DNA of 64,000 nt from Amphiscolops sp. MND2022. Its lineage: Eukaryota. A model generated the notes under the pieces. That model worked only from the letters and a program-made list of their open reading frames with translations. It had not been told where the DNA came from and ran no database searches. This document shows positions 37,427 to 51,783 of the stretch, in pieces (position 1 is the stretch's first letter; each line of letters opens with the position of its first letter). The stretch spans positions 35,466,001 through 35,530,000 of the forward strand of contig OZ076409.1 in NCBI GenBank assembly GCA_964187785.1, written 5' to 3'. The translations under genes were made by a program, and so were the position numbers.

Positions 37427-37944
37427 TTTTTAGTCGGCGCTTTTCTAGTGAAAAGTGCCCGACTATTACAGTGGCTAGTTTTTTTTCTTTTTTTTCGTCA
37501 GACTACAATCTCACTCTGATTAGTCCACTTTTCTTACAATAGAAACTACTAAAACTACTAAGGCCATAAGGCCAAGTCAGGTCAGCGGAAATTAGTGCAA
37601 AAGTGTCCCCCCTTTCATTTTTTTACTTTTTTAACGTAACCTACAAAACCGGACGAGACTAAAGGGTCGTCCCTTTCGATTTGTTTTTGGCATTGTGCGA
37701 CTTTTTTTGAAAAATTTTGTGATGTCTCAAAAGAGTCCCCTTTTCGAGTTTTTTGATATTTTGCAACAGAATATATGTTAATAAAGCCCAAAGTGTCCCC
37801 CATTTACATTTTTCGGCACTATGTGACATTTTCCGAAAGAAACAAAATTCAAAAAGTCAAAAATTCAAGTCTTTTTTCAAATAAAATGTTTTGCGCTTTT
37901 TGAGCCTTAGATATAGCGCCGACATTAGACGTTCCCGTCTTGTT
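37427..37944 (+). mobile_element. Apparently complete HINE/Helentron-like non-autonomous element
   Basis: 5' end TTTTTAGTCGGCGCTTTTCTAGTGAAAAGTGCCCGACT (subTIR within an inverted repeat); 3' end AGCGCCGAC (subTIR) + AGACG-TTCC-CGTCT hairpin + TGTT; no TSD. A duplicated 5' end sits at 37375. Confidence 0.7.
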
Positions 37945-37947
37945 CCA

Positions 37948-38438
37948 TTTTTAGTCGGCGCATTTTAGTAGAAAATGTGCCCGACTATTACAGTGGGTAG
38001 TTTTTTTTTAGACACGAAAGGTCCACTTTTTTGTTCATTTGTTCAACAACCTCAAACTTCAACAACTTCAAACCTCAACAACTCCAACCTCAGAAGCGCG
38101 TCCAAAACGAAAAGAAAAAACAAAACTTTTTTTCAGCACTTTTTTTGAAGTTTTTTGGATTGCACCACCCTTCATTTGTTTCGATATTTTGCAACACAAT
38201 GGATGTCAAAAAATCGCAAAGGGTCCCCCCTTTTACATTTTTCGGCACTGTGACTCTGTTCAAAAATCTCATTAAAAAAGTTTTTTTGGGAAATTTTTTC
38301 ATGTCTCCAAAGGGTCCCCCCTTCAATTTTTTTCAAATTTTTTGCAACCAGCTGGAGTTTCATAAAGCCCGAAGGGTCCCCCTTTCAAATTTTGAGCCTT
38401 AGATATGGCGCCGACTTTGGCCGTTCTCGGCTTGTTTT
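37948..38438 (+). mobile_element. Second HINE/Helentron-like element in tandem
   Basis: Same 5' TTTTTAGTCGGCGC...CCCGACT end; 3' GGCGCCGACT + GCCG-TTCT-CGGC hairpin + TTGTTTT. Confidence 0.7.
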
Positions 38439-39600
38439 CTGTTTGACTGGTGGGTCGTCTCAAAGCCAAATTTGCTTGAACCAAATTTTCACACCAGTTT
38501 TGAAGTAATTAAGGGGTATTCGTTACAACCTTTTAAGTATCCTCTTCAACGTGAATAAATAATGATCTACGGAATCAAAATTATTTTACGCCAATGTTTA
38601 GACCTCATTAGTAAAACTTGATAGTTGGGTGCAAAAATCGTTTCGAACTGTCTGTTGCAGTGTTCGCCGTCGCTCAAAAACCGTATGCGCAACTATCTGG
38701 CGTGAGTGATATCTAATTCTGTTTCATCCAATTCCTCGTCAGTCTTTGACTGATGCATGGTTTTGGACCAGTTCCAGTGCGTTTCATCATCAACGAGCAG
38801 TCATCTGTCACATTTTCTTTCTTTTTGGCTCTCGACTGAGTCACCTGAATCAGTATTGGATCAGACATCGAATTCACACACGTAAAAGTGTTTTCTAACA
38901 TTTTTGTGCTCATGGCCGTACAACTTTTGCTTCCTCTGAAAACTGTTCGATTTGGTTGTTGCCATCTTTGTATTTGCCGGTCTGAACCATGCAGGTCCGA
39001 AACAACACTGAAATAAACCGTTTCGGAAAAATTGTGTTCAGATCATTGAAAAACCTTCTTTCAAGAAAACGAAAAGTTTTAGTTTAGGCGGGGTATTTTT
39101 TCCTGAAATTATTTGTGCTTTCCACTTGACCCAGTAGTTAGCGTGTTGTGTCTGGCTTGGCTCGGTCTAGGAAGCAAGAGTACTTGGGTTCGAATCGTGC
39201 AATAGAACATAATTTTCAATACTGGAAAAGGTTGAGAGGAGACCAAAGGGTCCCTCTCATTGTTTGGCACAGTGCAACTTTTTTTTGACAGGTGCAAGCT
39301 TTTTTGTTTCCAGTTTACAAATGAACACGTTTTTCGAGTTTCCAGGGTAACCTCTCTGTTAATGTTTTGTTACTGAAATTGAATTACCTTAACAGACTTT
39401 GTTCTTTTTGACATTTGACGCATCGATTTGAGCTGTTCCCGGCATCTTTTCAATTCGACATTGTTCTGATTCGAATGTTCGACATTTTTCTGATGAGCTT
39501 TTGCATAGAGGAAGGCCGTGGAAATACTCGATTTGAAAATTGAAAGCCTATATGAAGAAAATTCAGATCTGCAAAAGTAGTTTTTATTGAGACTGTTCTA

Positions 39601-42165
39601 TGTTGAATCTCAATGTAAAACGGTTAATATTGTATTCGAATTGTATGAATCATGTAAATGATACTATTGTACAGTTACGATGTTGGCAGGTACTCTAAGT
39701 AACAATAATATAGTTCATCTTAATTATGTAATATAAATATCCGACTGACCTCTAAGCGCCATGCCACATTCCCCCTCCTTTTCGATACGCAACATGTATA
39801 TAGAATAATATGCGTACAATTATAAGCATATGGCTTTTACATGCGAAAGTGATTTTAGAAATCAAATTGCATCATTATTGGGTGTTTAACAGTGCAGTCT
39901 GTTTCATTCTCGTTCTTTTGATGCTTTCTTCTTCACCGTTTTTCTTCTCTGTTAGTTTTACAATGCTGTTAATTTTAATGCCTCTTCTGAAGGGTCTTCT
40001 CTTTCAATACTCTCCACGGTTTTAAAGTCCAGTTCATGTTTGCAATTGGTAGTTTTCGCGGTTTAAATAGTACTCTGACTTACTTTGAATTGGTAGCAAC
40101 GAACTGTGATCGTAGTGTTTGTTATTTTCCGACCCCAATTTTCAATGGGGGTAGAAAATCATGATCTGTGACGTTTTTTCAACAAATTCCGCCATAAATC
40201 GACTCTTCAATTCAATCACTCTTCTCTATCTCACCTAATCTCCCACTCACTTAGGTTAGAGGGGGAATAATATCTAAAGTAAAAAGAGGGAACAAGATCT
40301 AAAAGGAATAAGATCTAAAATTTCAGGACGGGATTAAGATCCAAAGGGAATAAAATCTAAAATCACTAAGTTTTAGATCTTATACTTTAAAGTATAATCC
40401 CCACTGCAATTAAGCTATAGCTCAGTTGAAGGCGAAGAGGGTGGAAAATATCCCGGTGCTTACCGGATGTCTTGTTATTATTTGTTCGTGATGTCTGCAC
40501 GAGTCTCGTTTCTGACTGGTTGTTTGTCTGGTGAGAAACTTTCGTTTGGTCCATTCGCGCCGTTGTGCGTTTTCCTCGGTATACCACCGTCATTGTTATT
40601 GAACTCCATAGAGGTATTACGCAATTATTTCCGGATTTTTTATCGTATTTCTCAATCGGCTCCAACTTTGCTATCGGATTTCTGCTTACGCATTCAGTAA
40701 AGCTGAGATGTTTGCCTGCAACGTGCTTCATTTGTATGTCAAAGTGAGCTAATTTATCCAGCCATCCTAATTTTGCACTGTATCTTTTATTTGATTTGTG
40801 ATTCGTAGTGTGTGGTTGCAGAACTTGATGATCGGTTGATAATTCTATTGGATTGCCAAAGATGTATAGTCGAAATTGTTCCAGCCCCCAAACTAATGGC
40901 AGGAAATCCAGTTAATTCATGGCGTTTTTCTAACTGGTGTCCAATAAAAATCTGCTAGCGTTTCAGGTTTCCGTCGTTTTGTTTTTGCCATAACGTTGCG
41001 CCCAATCCTTTCGTGCTTGCGTCCTTGTTAGAATGTTTCCGCTTTTGCAATTGTAATGTGCCAAGCCTGGCTGTTGTGTTATTAACCTTTTCAGATTTTC
41101 GATTGTCTTTGTGTCTTCGTCTGTCCATGTCCCATCATTTTGTTTCTTTAATATTTCTCTGAGTATATCTCTTTAAGCTGATAGGTTCTCGATATACGTT
41201 GCTAAAAATTGTATGGTTTCCAGGATCGATTATAGTTCTTTTTCGCTTTTTGGTATGTTTATTTTCGTGATTGCTTCGAGTTTGTCTTGTAATGTTATTC
41301 CGTCATTCGAGTTGTTCGAGTCATTCAACCGATCATACACATTCGTGGATTAGATCTGTTATTGTTTCTATTGTCATGTTGCTTCTGTGGATCTTTTTCT
41401 TTAACTCGTAAACTCCGGTCGAGCTTTCGATAAGTGACAAGATTTTTGAGGCACTCTTGTAGGCTGGTGTAACATGATCGACCTCTAAGTTCTTTCCTGT
41501 TTGCAATATTCTTGTCCATACGTCTCCTGCTGTTTCGTTTATTCCCCCTACAATTCTGAAATGCTCTACCGTGGAACTTATTTCTTTACGGTATGAATTG
41601 GAGCCTGAACAGTGAACACAGCTGGTTTACATTCATTTTGTTTGGATCATTATCTCTTACTGTTTTGGTCATTTCTGTTACCACCGCTTCGCCCAAATGA
41701 ATATATATTTGATCTTTGTCTTTATCTCCCATTTTCACCGTAATCAGATATGATCTCATTGTCTGTAATCATGGTGTTTATGTCTATATCCTGTGTCATT
41801 TTGACGTATTGGATAAATTTCCTCCACCAAAATTTGGCTTCTTGGATAGTTTTCTTCTCGATAATCGGTAGAGTAATCTTTTGGTGTGGTTTTGTTCTCC
41901 CCTTTCTTTCTGATTCTTAACTTGAAGAATTTCTGCTCACCTGTTCGTAAATGTTTAACTTTGTACTGCTTGAAGTCATCTTGCTGACTGCGCCATGTTG
42001 AATCTCGATGTAAAACGGTTAATAAGGGAATGTAATACTGTATTCGAATTGTATATATCATGTAAATGGTTCAGTTACGATGTTGGCAGCTACTTTATGT
42101 AATAATATAGGTCATCTTAATTATGAAATATCAATATCAGACTCGGGTCTAAGCGACATGTCACA
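39601..42165 (-). mobile_element. Old, internally deleted Ty3/gypsy element with short diverged LTRs (39601-39768 and 41996-42165)
   Basis: The two ~170-bp direct repeats start TGTTGAATCTC and end ATG(C/T)CACA. On the minus strand the PBS TGGCGCAGTCAG abuts 41996 and the PPT AAAAGGAGGGGGAA abuts 39768. Decayed RNase H-region text (WGLEQFRLYI, WLDKLAHFD, KHVAGKHLS...SRNP) lies at ~40650-40900. No TSD was found. Confidence 0.85.
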
Positions 42166-43559
42166 CTCAGTTACTATTTCTTTTTCAAAGAATTCGTGTT
42201 TAAGAATGTCCGATTTTTCCAAAAAAACATCGTGTAACAGTATGCGAGAAAAAGTCCAGTGTCACTGTGCCTATTGTATGTATTAGCATTTTAATTAAAT
42301 TTCTACAAGGAAAATAAATTTTGATTATCAATTTGACGTTTTTTGGAAGAAGCAACATACCAATCAATGGCCTCTCGAAAATCTGAAAAATCCTAAATCA
42401 AGTTTTGTAGCAAAACATTTGAACACAATGTCAAACCTGGAGATTTGGGCCCCTATCCCGGTTAATAAGGAAGCTCAACTCATCGACAGACGATTTGTCA
42501 AATCATTGTACGAGAAAAATGCCATAAAAACGGCCAGAAAAAAGCTCCGATAGAAAACTACGCATAGTCTGCTATGGTCACAAATATCAAACGCCCTAAA
42601 TGCAGGAGCAGAGTGAGACTGAGCGCATTATCAATACTACTTGAACAGTTGGTTATACGGTGGTGGACCTGGAGAGCGTGAACTCCCTTAAGGTGGATCG
42701 CTGAGTCATACAACCAATATAAAAAATTATGTAAGATAAAAACATGAAACGTTCCAACAATATTTTTGTCGGATTTTCTTCTTTTACGCTTTTTTTCGCT
42801 GAGCCTAGTTTTCTTGGCTTTTTGAAGGCTCAACAAGTAGTGAAGAATTTAACTTGTACTACACTTCTGTTTCGCATTACTTCGCAACTAACTGGGAACA
42901 GTTTAAACTTGAGCATCCAGTGGTATTCAAACCCAGCTTTTACTTCCCTGAAGCCGAAACATCCACTCAAAAGTCCAATCAGAAAGCTACTTGTTCAAGT
43001 GTTCTTGGTAAAACTTTATTTAATTCAAGACCAAATTTCACTTTTCAAGTTTCTAAAACGGACGAGATCACATGGTCCTTTCTTGGGTTTTTCGGCAATG
43101 AACGACATATGCGACGGTGTTTCGGCACTGTGGCTTTTGGGGAAAATGTTTCACAAAAGGTCTCCCTTCGTATGGAATACCCTGGGTGAAGTTAAACGCA
43201 AATCTTTACAGATTCTTGCCAATTTCACGCATTTGATGGCTATCTTGCTAGATTGAGGACCTAAATTCAAATCTTGCAAGATTTTTCAGTTGTATGCAAA
43301 TCTTACATGATATCTTACATTTCTTGCAAGATTCTTGAAAGAAAAACATTTTGCTGAAAATATCTTGCAAGATTTTATAAAAAAAAATCTAAATTTGAAA
43401 AATTCGAAGTTTGGGCGCCGTCATTTTGAATTTCATCATTTTTGCTTGTCATCATTTTCGGATAGCCAAAACGGTAAATATTAGAGGTGCGCCGGAACAG
43501 AAATTTCAAAGCCCAATCCTACCGGAACCTAGCACTAGCAGAGAGCCTCCAACCCAGAA

Positions 43560-46500
43560 TAAGGACCGATATTGTGAGATCGGTAATTTGAAAACTATCG
43601 CTGATCCCGAAGCTTACATGATACGGTTACGTTTTATTGCTGGATTACAAAATTCCGAAAACAAATTAAAAGTGTTGGAACATCTTCAACAAAACCCACA
43701 CGCTACAATAGACATTTTGTTGGTTATTCAGCAGCGTGAACAAACTGTACAATTCGTGAACAATCAGAACGAACCGAATGAAACAATTTCATTTGCCCGG
43801 AACGGTCAATTACGAAAGAAGACAACCGGAAATGGCAAAATTTCAACCGGCTTCCACAACAAAGTTCAAGAATGCTCGAAATGCGGAACGAAGCATGAAC
43901 CAAGAAGTTGTCCGGCCTTCGGCAGAACATGCAACAACTGGAAGAAGCCGAACCATTTAGCAAAAGTGTGTCGGGTGAAAAAACAAACAAATCATTTTGT
44001 TGGAAAAGAAGCCAATTTCGAAGAAAACCATGGCAGTACCTCCGATTATTCGTATTTTTTGGGCATACCGACTATATCAAGAATGGTACAATGGAGAAAA
44101 TCAAAGTGAATGGTAAAGAAATACCAATGATGAAAGACACTGGAGCATCACTGACGCTGCTTTCAAAGAAGCTGTGGAAGCAGATTGGACAACCGAAACT
44201 TGAAGAAAAGAACACGGGAATTGAAACAGATGACAAACATAAAATGAAATATTTCGGTGCTTTCTTCAGTGTTTTAGAATAACAAAGAGCTTAATGTAAA
44301 CATTGCTGTTGTTGATGCTGATAGAAATTTTGGTTTGTTGGGACGTGATATAATAACTAATAGCAAAGAGTCCATTGAACGGTGCTTCAAAGCAGAAGTA
44401 TCCGAAAAGTTACCAACAGTGAAAGGTGCTATAGCTTCCATTAAAATGAAACCCGATGCTAAACCAATGTTTTGCGCGGCACGGAAGGTACCGTTGCAAC
44501 TTGAACGGAAAGGTCAATAAAACCATTGATGAATTACTGTTGTTGGGAATTCTTAAACCGGTTGGGTGTAGATAATTGCTCCCCGGTTGTGTGTACAGTG
44601 AATACAACCCGAGGCCTATTTCGAGTCACCCGGTTACAACAAGGATTGAAAAATACAGCGGCTATTTTCCAGCAAGCTATCGAAGAGGTGCTCAAAGGAC
44701 TGGATGGTTGCGTCGCATATCAGGACGATATCTTGTTGTTCGGTGTACCCGAGGCCGAACTCCGGAAAAGATACAATGCGGTCAAAGAACGGCTGGCAGC
44801 AAAGAACTTCACTGTGAATGAAGACAAGTGCGTATCATTCTGGACAACGTTATACTTTTTGGGCTACGAAATTTCATCGGAAGGAGTAAAGCCGGAACAG
44901 AAGCACGTTCAAAAACTTCTTCAACTGCAGCCACCGAAGGATGTCAAAGAAGTTGAAGCTTTTATCGGACTTATCAACTACTTTGGGCGAATGATTCCAA
45001 ACTATGCGGCCAAGACGCAGTGTATCCATGAACTCCGGCAAAAAGATAAACCTTTCAAGTGGACCAATGAATGTCAAAGGGCGTTCCAGTCACTTGTAGA
45101 TGAGCTTACAAGTGAACCATTGGTACAACCGTCCTCATTGGATAATGAAGTGACTCTCACAACGAATGCATCCGAAAAAACCATTGGTGGTGTATTGACG
45201 CAGAATGATCACCCGGTTATCTACATATCTCGTAACTTGACATCGACCGAACAGAAATACAGCAACATTGAACGGGAAGCGCTTGCTGTAGTGTTCGCAG
45301 TGACACGACTACGACAATTTGTATTGGGGAGGAAGTTCACTTTGAGAACAGATCACAAGCCACTACAATTTATCTTCAATCCGAGCAACCAGATACCGAA
45401 AGTTGTATCAGCGAGACTTGCTGATGGGCAAAAACACTGATGGCCTATGACTATGATGTACAATACACTCCCGGTCAAGATATTGGTCATGCGGATGCAA
45501 TGTCACGCTTACAGTTCAAAGACGATGAAGACGACTCAGTTGCGGTAGCAATGGCTACATTCGAGAAACCCGTGATTGATGTCTACAGGTTACGGAAAGA
45601 GATGATGAACAGAATCCGAAATGGAAATTGGAAAAACTGTACCAAGATGGAGAAATCTTTCATGAATGTTTCAAAAGCATCAACAGTACAAAATGACATG
45701 ATATATAATGGATCGAGAGTTTTTATACCAATTACATGCCGGAAACAAGTGATTGAAAAATTTCACGACGTCCATCAAGGAATCAGTGCTTTGGAAATCT
45801 TGGTGAAAAATAATGCGTGGTGGCCGTTTATGGACAACGATATCGAACAATTTGTCAAAAACTGTTCCGAATGTAGCAAAAACCGACCGAGACTGACTGA
45901 TTCTACTGACAAATGGAAAGAATGCGCTCCATGGGAAAGACTGCATATGGACTGGCTTTATGAAGCAGAACACGGTAACATTCTGATCATCGCTGATGCT
46001 CATGGGTCCGGTTGGCTGGAAGCTTTCTTGTGCACGGACCGATCAACGCGGAACGTGGTTAGATGTCTCCGAACAATCTTTTCTCGGTTTGGAATACCAT
46101 ATACGGTTGTGTCCGATAACGGAAAGGAGTTTGTATCCAAAGACCTGAAAGACTGGTTGGCAGCACAAGGATGCAAAAAGATTGACACACCTATGTATTC
46201 ACCGAGAAGCAATGGACTTGCCGAGAGAGCTATTCAAACATTGAAAAGAAGCCTGAAATTTTACAATAAAGACATCGGTTGTTCACTGACTACTTACATT
46301 AATAAAATTTTGTTCAGTCATCGAAATTCTTCAAATGCTAGAGGTGACACTCCTGCCAAATTACTACTTGGAAAAAACTTGAGAAACCCTGTTGTTGGAT
46401 TTTATGAAGTTGGTGAAAAAGTGATGTACAAACCCACTTCAAACCATGAGCCGAAAGAATTGACATACATTATCCGGAAAGGACGAAACACGGCCTTGCT

Positions 46501-46747
46501 TCATGACAACAACCGAACAATTTTGGCTAGTGACGGACAAATCGCACCGCTACCCTCATCAAGCATTGTGAAAGTAGAACCTCAACCAAACATTGGGCAT
46601 GATGCTATTCAAGATCCAGTCACCCCGAAGACTAGTAACGCTGATAACTTGAGCCCGGTGTTGACCGACGAACATACCGCAGTAGCCAAATCTAGACCGA
46701 AACGATTACGAACCCAAACCCAGAAATATCAATCCGGATTCGCATGA
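43560..46747 (+). pseudogene. Ty3/gypsy gag-pol, frameshifted, with a deletion in RT
   Basis: Gag knuckles CSKCGTKH...C and C..WKKPNHLAKVC; protease KDTGAS; RT AYQDDIL; RNase H YSNIEREALAVV and TDHKPL; integrase H...C..C plus LHMDW, SDNGKEF and SNGLAER. Confidence 0.92.
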
Positions 46748-47049
46748 GGCAACTAAAAGAGGGGATGTGGTGACGTCATCGTCACTTGTTGTTATTCGGT
46801 AAACATCTACCGTTCGTTACCGAAGAAGCTACTTCAAGTTCATTGGTTCCGAGATTCGGTTATATAACACCGAAGAATAGAAACTTCCAATATGCGTTAC
46901 CGAGAACTGGTGAAGGAACTCAAGTAAACTCTTACATATAAGACTTGTATTTTAACTGGTGTCAACTATTATTTTGAATATTATTTTACTGTATTGTACG
47001 GACCATAGTGAAACAAAACGAGAACCTGAATTGAACTGAGTTTACAACA
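43560..47049 (+). mobile_element. 5'-truncated Ty3/gypsy element with PPT and 3' LTR (~46766-47049)
   Basis: gag-pol remnants are followed by aaaagagggga|TGTGGT...; the probable LTR end is ...TTACAACA at 47049. Confidence 0.85.
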
Positions 47050-50000
47050 AATTCTTTTCAAAACCATTTTACGACATATAATTAGGACCAGAGGTGTTCA
47101 TTATTTTATGCGAATATTATTATTACCTAAAAAATGAACTATTTTATTTTCAGGTTGAAAAAATGATTATTTTTTGCTAAAAATGATTTTTTTATTCTTA
47201 GCGAAAAACGGATATCTACAAAAACTTAAATTATGCTCTGAACCTCACAAACAGATCAATATTTTGGTTAGACATCACAAGAAGTTGCGACTCGGAGTTC
47301 ACTGGGCCGAGTTTTTGGCGGTCATCTCCCATAATATGGATATGATTAACAATTCTCGAATTTAATTGGCTGACGATATGTTAAATTAAACGCTCTTAGT
47401 TTTAGTTATCTCAAGAAAAATTATTTTCATTTTAACAGGTCCAAAAATAATTAATTTTATTTATTTGAGTGTAAAAATAAACACACCTGATTAGGACCCT
47501 CTTGAATTTTGTTTTCATATTCGTGATAGGAGCCAGGCTTGCTCAAACCATCCACACTAAACTGACATGAATTCAAACTTCATTGTGTGACACTTTCAAT
47601 AGAATTACAGACGACTGGCGTATTACGGAATCCGTGAGGTTTTTTATAACGAATACAATCAGGAAGTTCCGAAGACGCATCGCTAATACAGATGTAATTT
47701 TTATCCGATAACGAACGCTCACTTGTTGTCCACAGCGAATACGCTCATTCTCAATTTTGTTTTGTCGGCAAATTGCACTGTCAGTCAAAAGCGCCGTCGG
47801 CCAATTGACCTAGCACAACATTACAGTACTGTATCTTCTCGTTACGTAATATCAAGGTTTGTCCTCTAAGTTTGTGTCTTCCTAATTTCAAAGTTAGTTG
47901 TTGGTAAACTAGCCAAAAAAGGTAGCAGTAGCGATACTTTGGGCCGGAAAGTAAACAGACGAAATTGCCAGTTTTGACGAATTGTTTCGAATGCATGAAG
48001 GTACACAAACTTGACATGCACATCAACGAAACGTGTTTGAACTGAAATCAACTGTATGTATTTAGTGCAACTTGAAATCCTTTCTACTGCTGAAAGTGTG
48101 CCTATACGAGTGGTTCTGTTAATACTTGTCATATTTGAGGGTGTTGTCTATTGGAACATGCAAATACGGCAGCTATCAATTCTGACCTACACTGTAGTGT
48201 CACAAATGGCCCATTTTTGAAAGTAAATTACAATCTATGGGTTAGTTGTAGATTGCACAATGTCTAGACGCAAAAATGCCAATTATACCAAAATTAGGTC
48301 ATCCCGAAAGAATAGCCGCTTTGTTTTTGATAACAATTTGCCAATTAATTTATGCACCGAAATTGGTAAATATTTTGCGTCTGGTTGTTACTTTTCTCAG
48401 AAATACGGAATCAATACTAAGAAGCATTGAGCTTATCTTTTCATTATTGAAGACTTCGCAGTAAAAGTCGGTTTTTAAATTTTGTGATTCAGCCATGCGT
48501 TTATTATGCAGCTTTACAGCTCATTAGATTGAACCGAGACTTTGTTTTTCAAATACCGCGAATTTGCAGCAGCTGCTTGCAACCACGGTTTATTTGAAAA
48601 TATGTAAAACTTGGTTGTTTTCGATTTCTGAGAAAAATGACTGTTTCTGAGAAAAAAGAAGGAAGAAATTAAGGAACATATTTCTCATCCCAACAACATT
48701 TGATTCAAAATTATCAAAAAAATCAGGGTGTTTTTCGGAGATGTTAAAACAGCTGTAGGGATAACCCTTTCATCCTCTAGGGATGAAGAAACATGGTCTA
48801 AAAAATATAATTCCGAGGTTCATTTTTCCGACAGTTCAATCAATGTTTGCGCAATAGCATTGTTCTTCCGAGACGTTTGCAAAAACCAAATCATTTTGAA
48901 AACAATGGTGGAGTTCGAATTTTTAGGTCCGAAAACAAATATAGAGCAATGATAAATCTTCTTATTTCAAACTCACTTTTTTGTTTTTCATCCCTTTTGA
49001 GCATGTGAATTGTTAAGAGAAGCATTTGAATATTAGAGAGTGAAAAATCAGTTTTGGCAGGCTTCTTTTTCATTAGTGATAGACGTTGAATCAGACAGAC
49101 TAGATGGGGTAAAAAGCCGTCGATTGCGCTTTCTGATAGCTGTCATCAGCAGCCACCGTTCCCCTTAGGCTGCAAGGGGGATCCTTAACAATGGGGCTCT
49201 TTATCGACAATACAAATGGCGTGCACTGACGTACTCTAATTCAAGTCCAGACAAAAGTCCGGCTCGTTTTTTTGCACTTTGGCAGCTTCCAGTGCTGTCC
49301 GGTCTATGTGGTTGCGTTTTGGTGACAGAGGCGGCGCTTGCATGATTGCTGTGGAGTGTAGAATTTAAATTCAGGGAAGAATTTTAAACCCACGCACGAA
49401 TTAATCATAGGCACAGCCACAGACGTCTATGAATGCGGTCGGTGTGAGGAAGACGTAATCGGGACGCAGGGGAGAAGAGAAGTTAAGAGAAAAGAACGAG
49501 GGGGTAGAGTCCGAGGTATTTTGGTGCATACGCGGGAACAAAAGCTTCTTGTGGGAGAGAGGGAAATGCTTCTTCAATTCCCTCCAAATATCCTCAATTA
49601 GAGGACTTGCCGGGATTAATGAGGAAAAAACAGGGTCTGGGAAGGGTACCTTGCGATACAGACGTTGTCCTGTCTTGTTCACTGCATATACCCACAAAAA
49701 CCTGTCTACCCATGTATCACAGCAGCACGTAATTCAATTCCCTCAATTTTCCTACCATTTCTTACATCCATTCATAGTCGCAATAGCAATGGTAGTGCGT
49801 CGGCTTATTGCCTCGGTAACACATCTATCAGTGGAGTCGCCATCATTGAGATCGCCTTGTTTTCCTTGTGAATGAAAGCCGTATTCAAACGGGAGTTAGG
49901 CGAAGGAAGGAATGAAGTTAGGGAAGTGGATGAAAAAAACGAAACGCGAAAGCGACAGTATCGCACCGCAATACGGAACTGCAATGCTTTTGTGGTATTT

Positions 50001-51478
50001 AGCGGTAGTTCTTAATTTTAGTAGTCATCAAAAAATTAGAAAAGAAGACAGTTTTATAACACGAATTTGCGGTTTCGTAGTGAAACATACGTGGTGTAAA
50101 ATATCGTGTTTTTATGTTGATCAGCAGCAACTTTGAAGATATTGAATACCGAGTCGGTATTCAATATCGGTATTACCGACGGCCGAAAGTACAAATAAGA
50201 GAGACGAACCATCTCGTTTAGATTCCATACCATTCATAATTTTATTATTTGCGCTTATAACAATGACGACGAACACGATGTCGTCATAAGAAGCGCCGTT
50301 TTCTAAAAATATTCTACGACTCATACAGCCACTATTCCATCACTCCACTGTCTGTCCAAAAATAGAAAGAATTTGTAGTAACTGACTCACAGTCGGCTTC
50401 TCGAGCAACCAATGGCGTGCCGATCTAATGACGCTGTCTCCATAGTTAACTCTCGGCTGATTAATCACCCCTTTCGTCTGTTGTAACAGCGTTTTAATTT
50501 GAATTCCAAATGGCGAGTAGCTACGACAGACATTTACGAGTTGCTATCGTCATTCGATTCTCAAGTCGGTGGACGTCGGTTGGTCGGCATTGATTCATTG
50601 AATCAAAAGCAGTCTGAGAGAGACGGGAGTAAAAATACTGAATGGACGGACGGCCGCTTTGTCAGTCTGGAGGAATTTGTACCACCGCCGGATTTCTGAC
50701 TAATAGTTCCGTTAAATATATCCTACGCAAGTTCTCTATTTCCCACCACAAAGCAATATTTTACTTGTCAACCACCAGTTTTGCCAATTGAAAGCTTTCA
50801 TTAGTCAATATTGCCCAAATGGGGGCGGTTACTTCAGATTTTAGCCCACCCGCGAAGAAGGTTAGATACTTGTGTTCATCTCAAGAATAGCTGAAATTTG
50901 GGGTTTTTCTGGTCGTTAGTGATTATACCAGTTTAACACTAATGCCCAGTTAGGCCCTCGACGGTAGCTATTCAGAACTTTTGATATTTGAAATCGAAAA
51001 CCTTGATAGTTATAAAATAGAAAGGTTTTTTTGTTGTTACTAATTAGTTAATACTAGATGCAGTTGGTTTTGATGTGAAGTTGCGGTGCATTAATAATTC
51101 ATTCCCATTCATATATCTAGATATTTTGATTGCTATAGCTTATTTTGTAATATTCACAGGTTCAGAGGTGTAGACAAAAAGCGGAAATTAGTTCAAATTT
51201 CTTGTCGAGCCTCTAAAATCACCGAATTTGGTCTCCAAATTCTTTTTTAACCATGTCAATTTTATTTGAAGCAGAAAGTGAAAAAACCCATTTGTCCCAG
51301 ACTGCTAATTTATGGAAATAGTATGAATGTTCAAGGTTCACTGGTGAAAAGAGAAAAATGACCTAATTTGATCACGTTTATGCGATATTCTCAAGTAGTC
51401 ACCGAAAAAATAATTTACAAGTTTTAGGAGATCTCGAGACTCTTAGATTAGGCTTTTAGAACAGTTCATGGAATGATT

Positions 51479-51783
51479 TCAATCATTGCTCATATTTCGC
51501 CGAAAAAGTCCTGTAAAATTTTCGCGCCCGCAGTAATTATGATACATGTGAAATGGGCAATCATTATGAGCCATAAAAGGGTCATAGTTATCAAAATTGA
51601 AGTTACAATATTTCACTCTTGGCGGAGACTTTATGTCGCTGACTGTACAGGTATAAATGGCATTTGCTATAGTCGGTCGAATCCTAGAAGTATCATTTCC
51701 TAAAATAGACTCAGCTGCAATGAGCTTTGAAGTCAGAAATTCCTGACTCCACTTATAACGGGCCACCATTATGATGAAATGCA
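51479..51783 (-). CDS. Possible terminal coding exon of an unidentified gene
   Basis: A minus-strand acceptor ttttcag| is followed by a ~100-codon open frame with Cys/aromatic content (YTCTVSD...KYCNFNFDNYDPF...CPFHMYHNYCG). No family was recognised and no upstream exon was identified. Confidence 0.3.
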
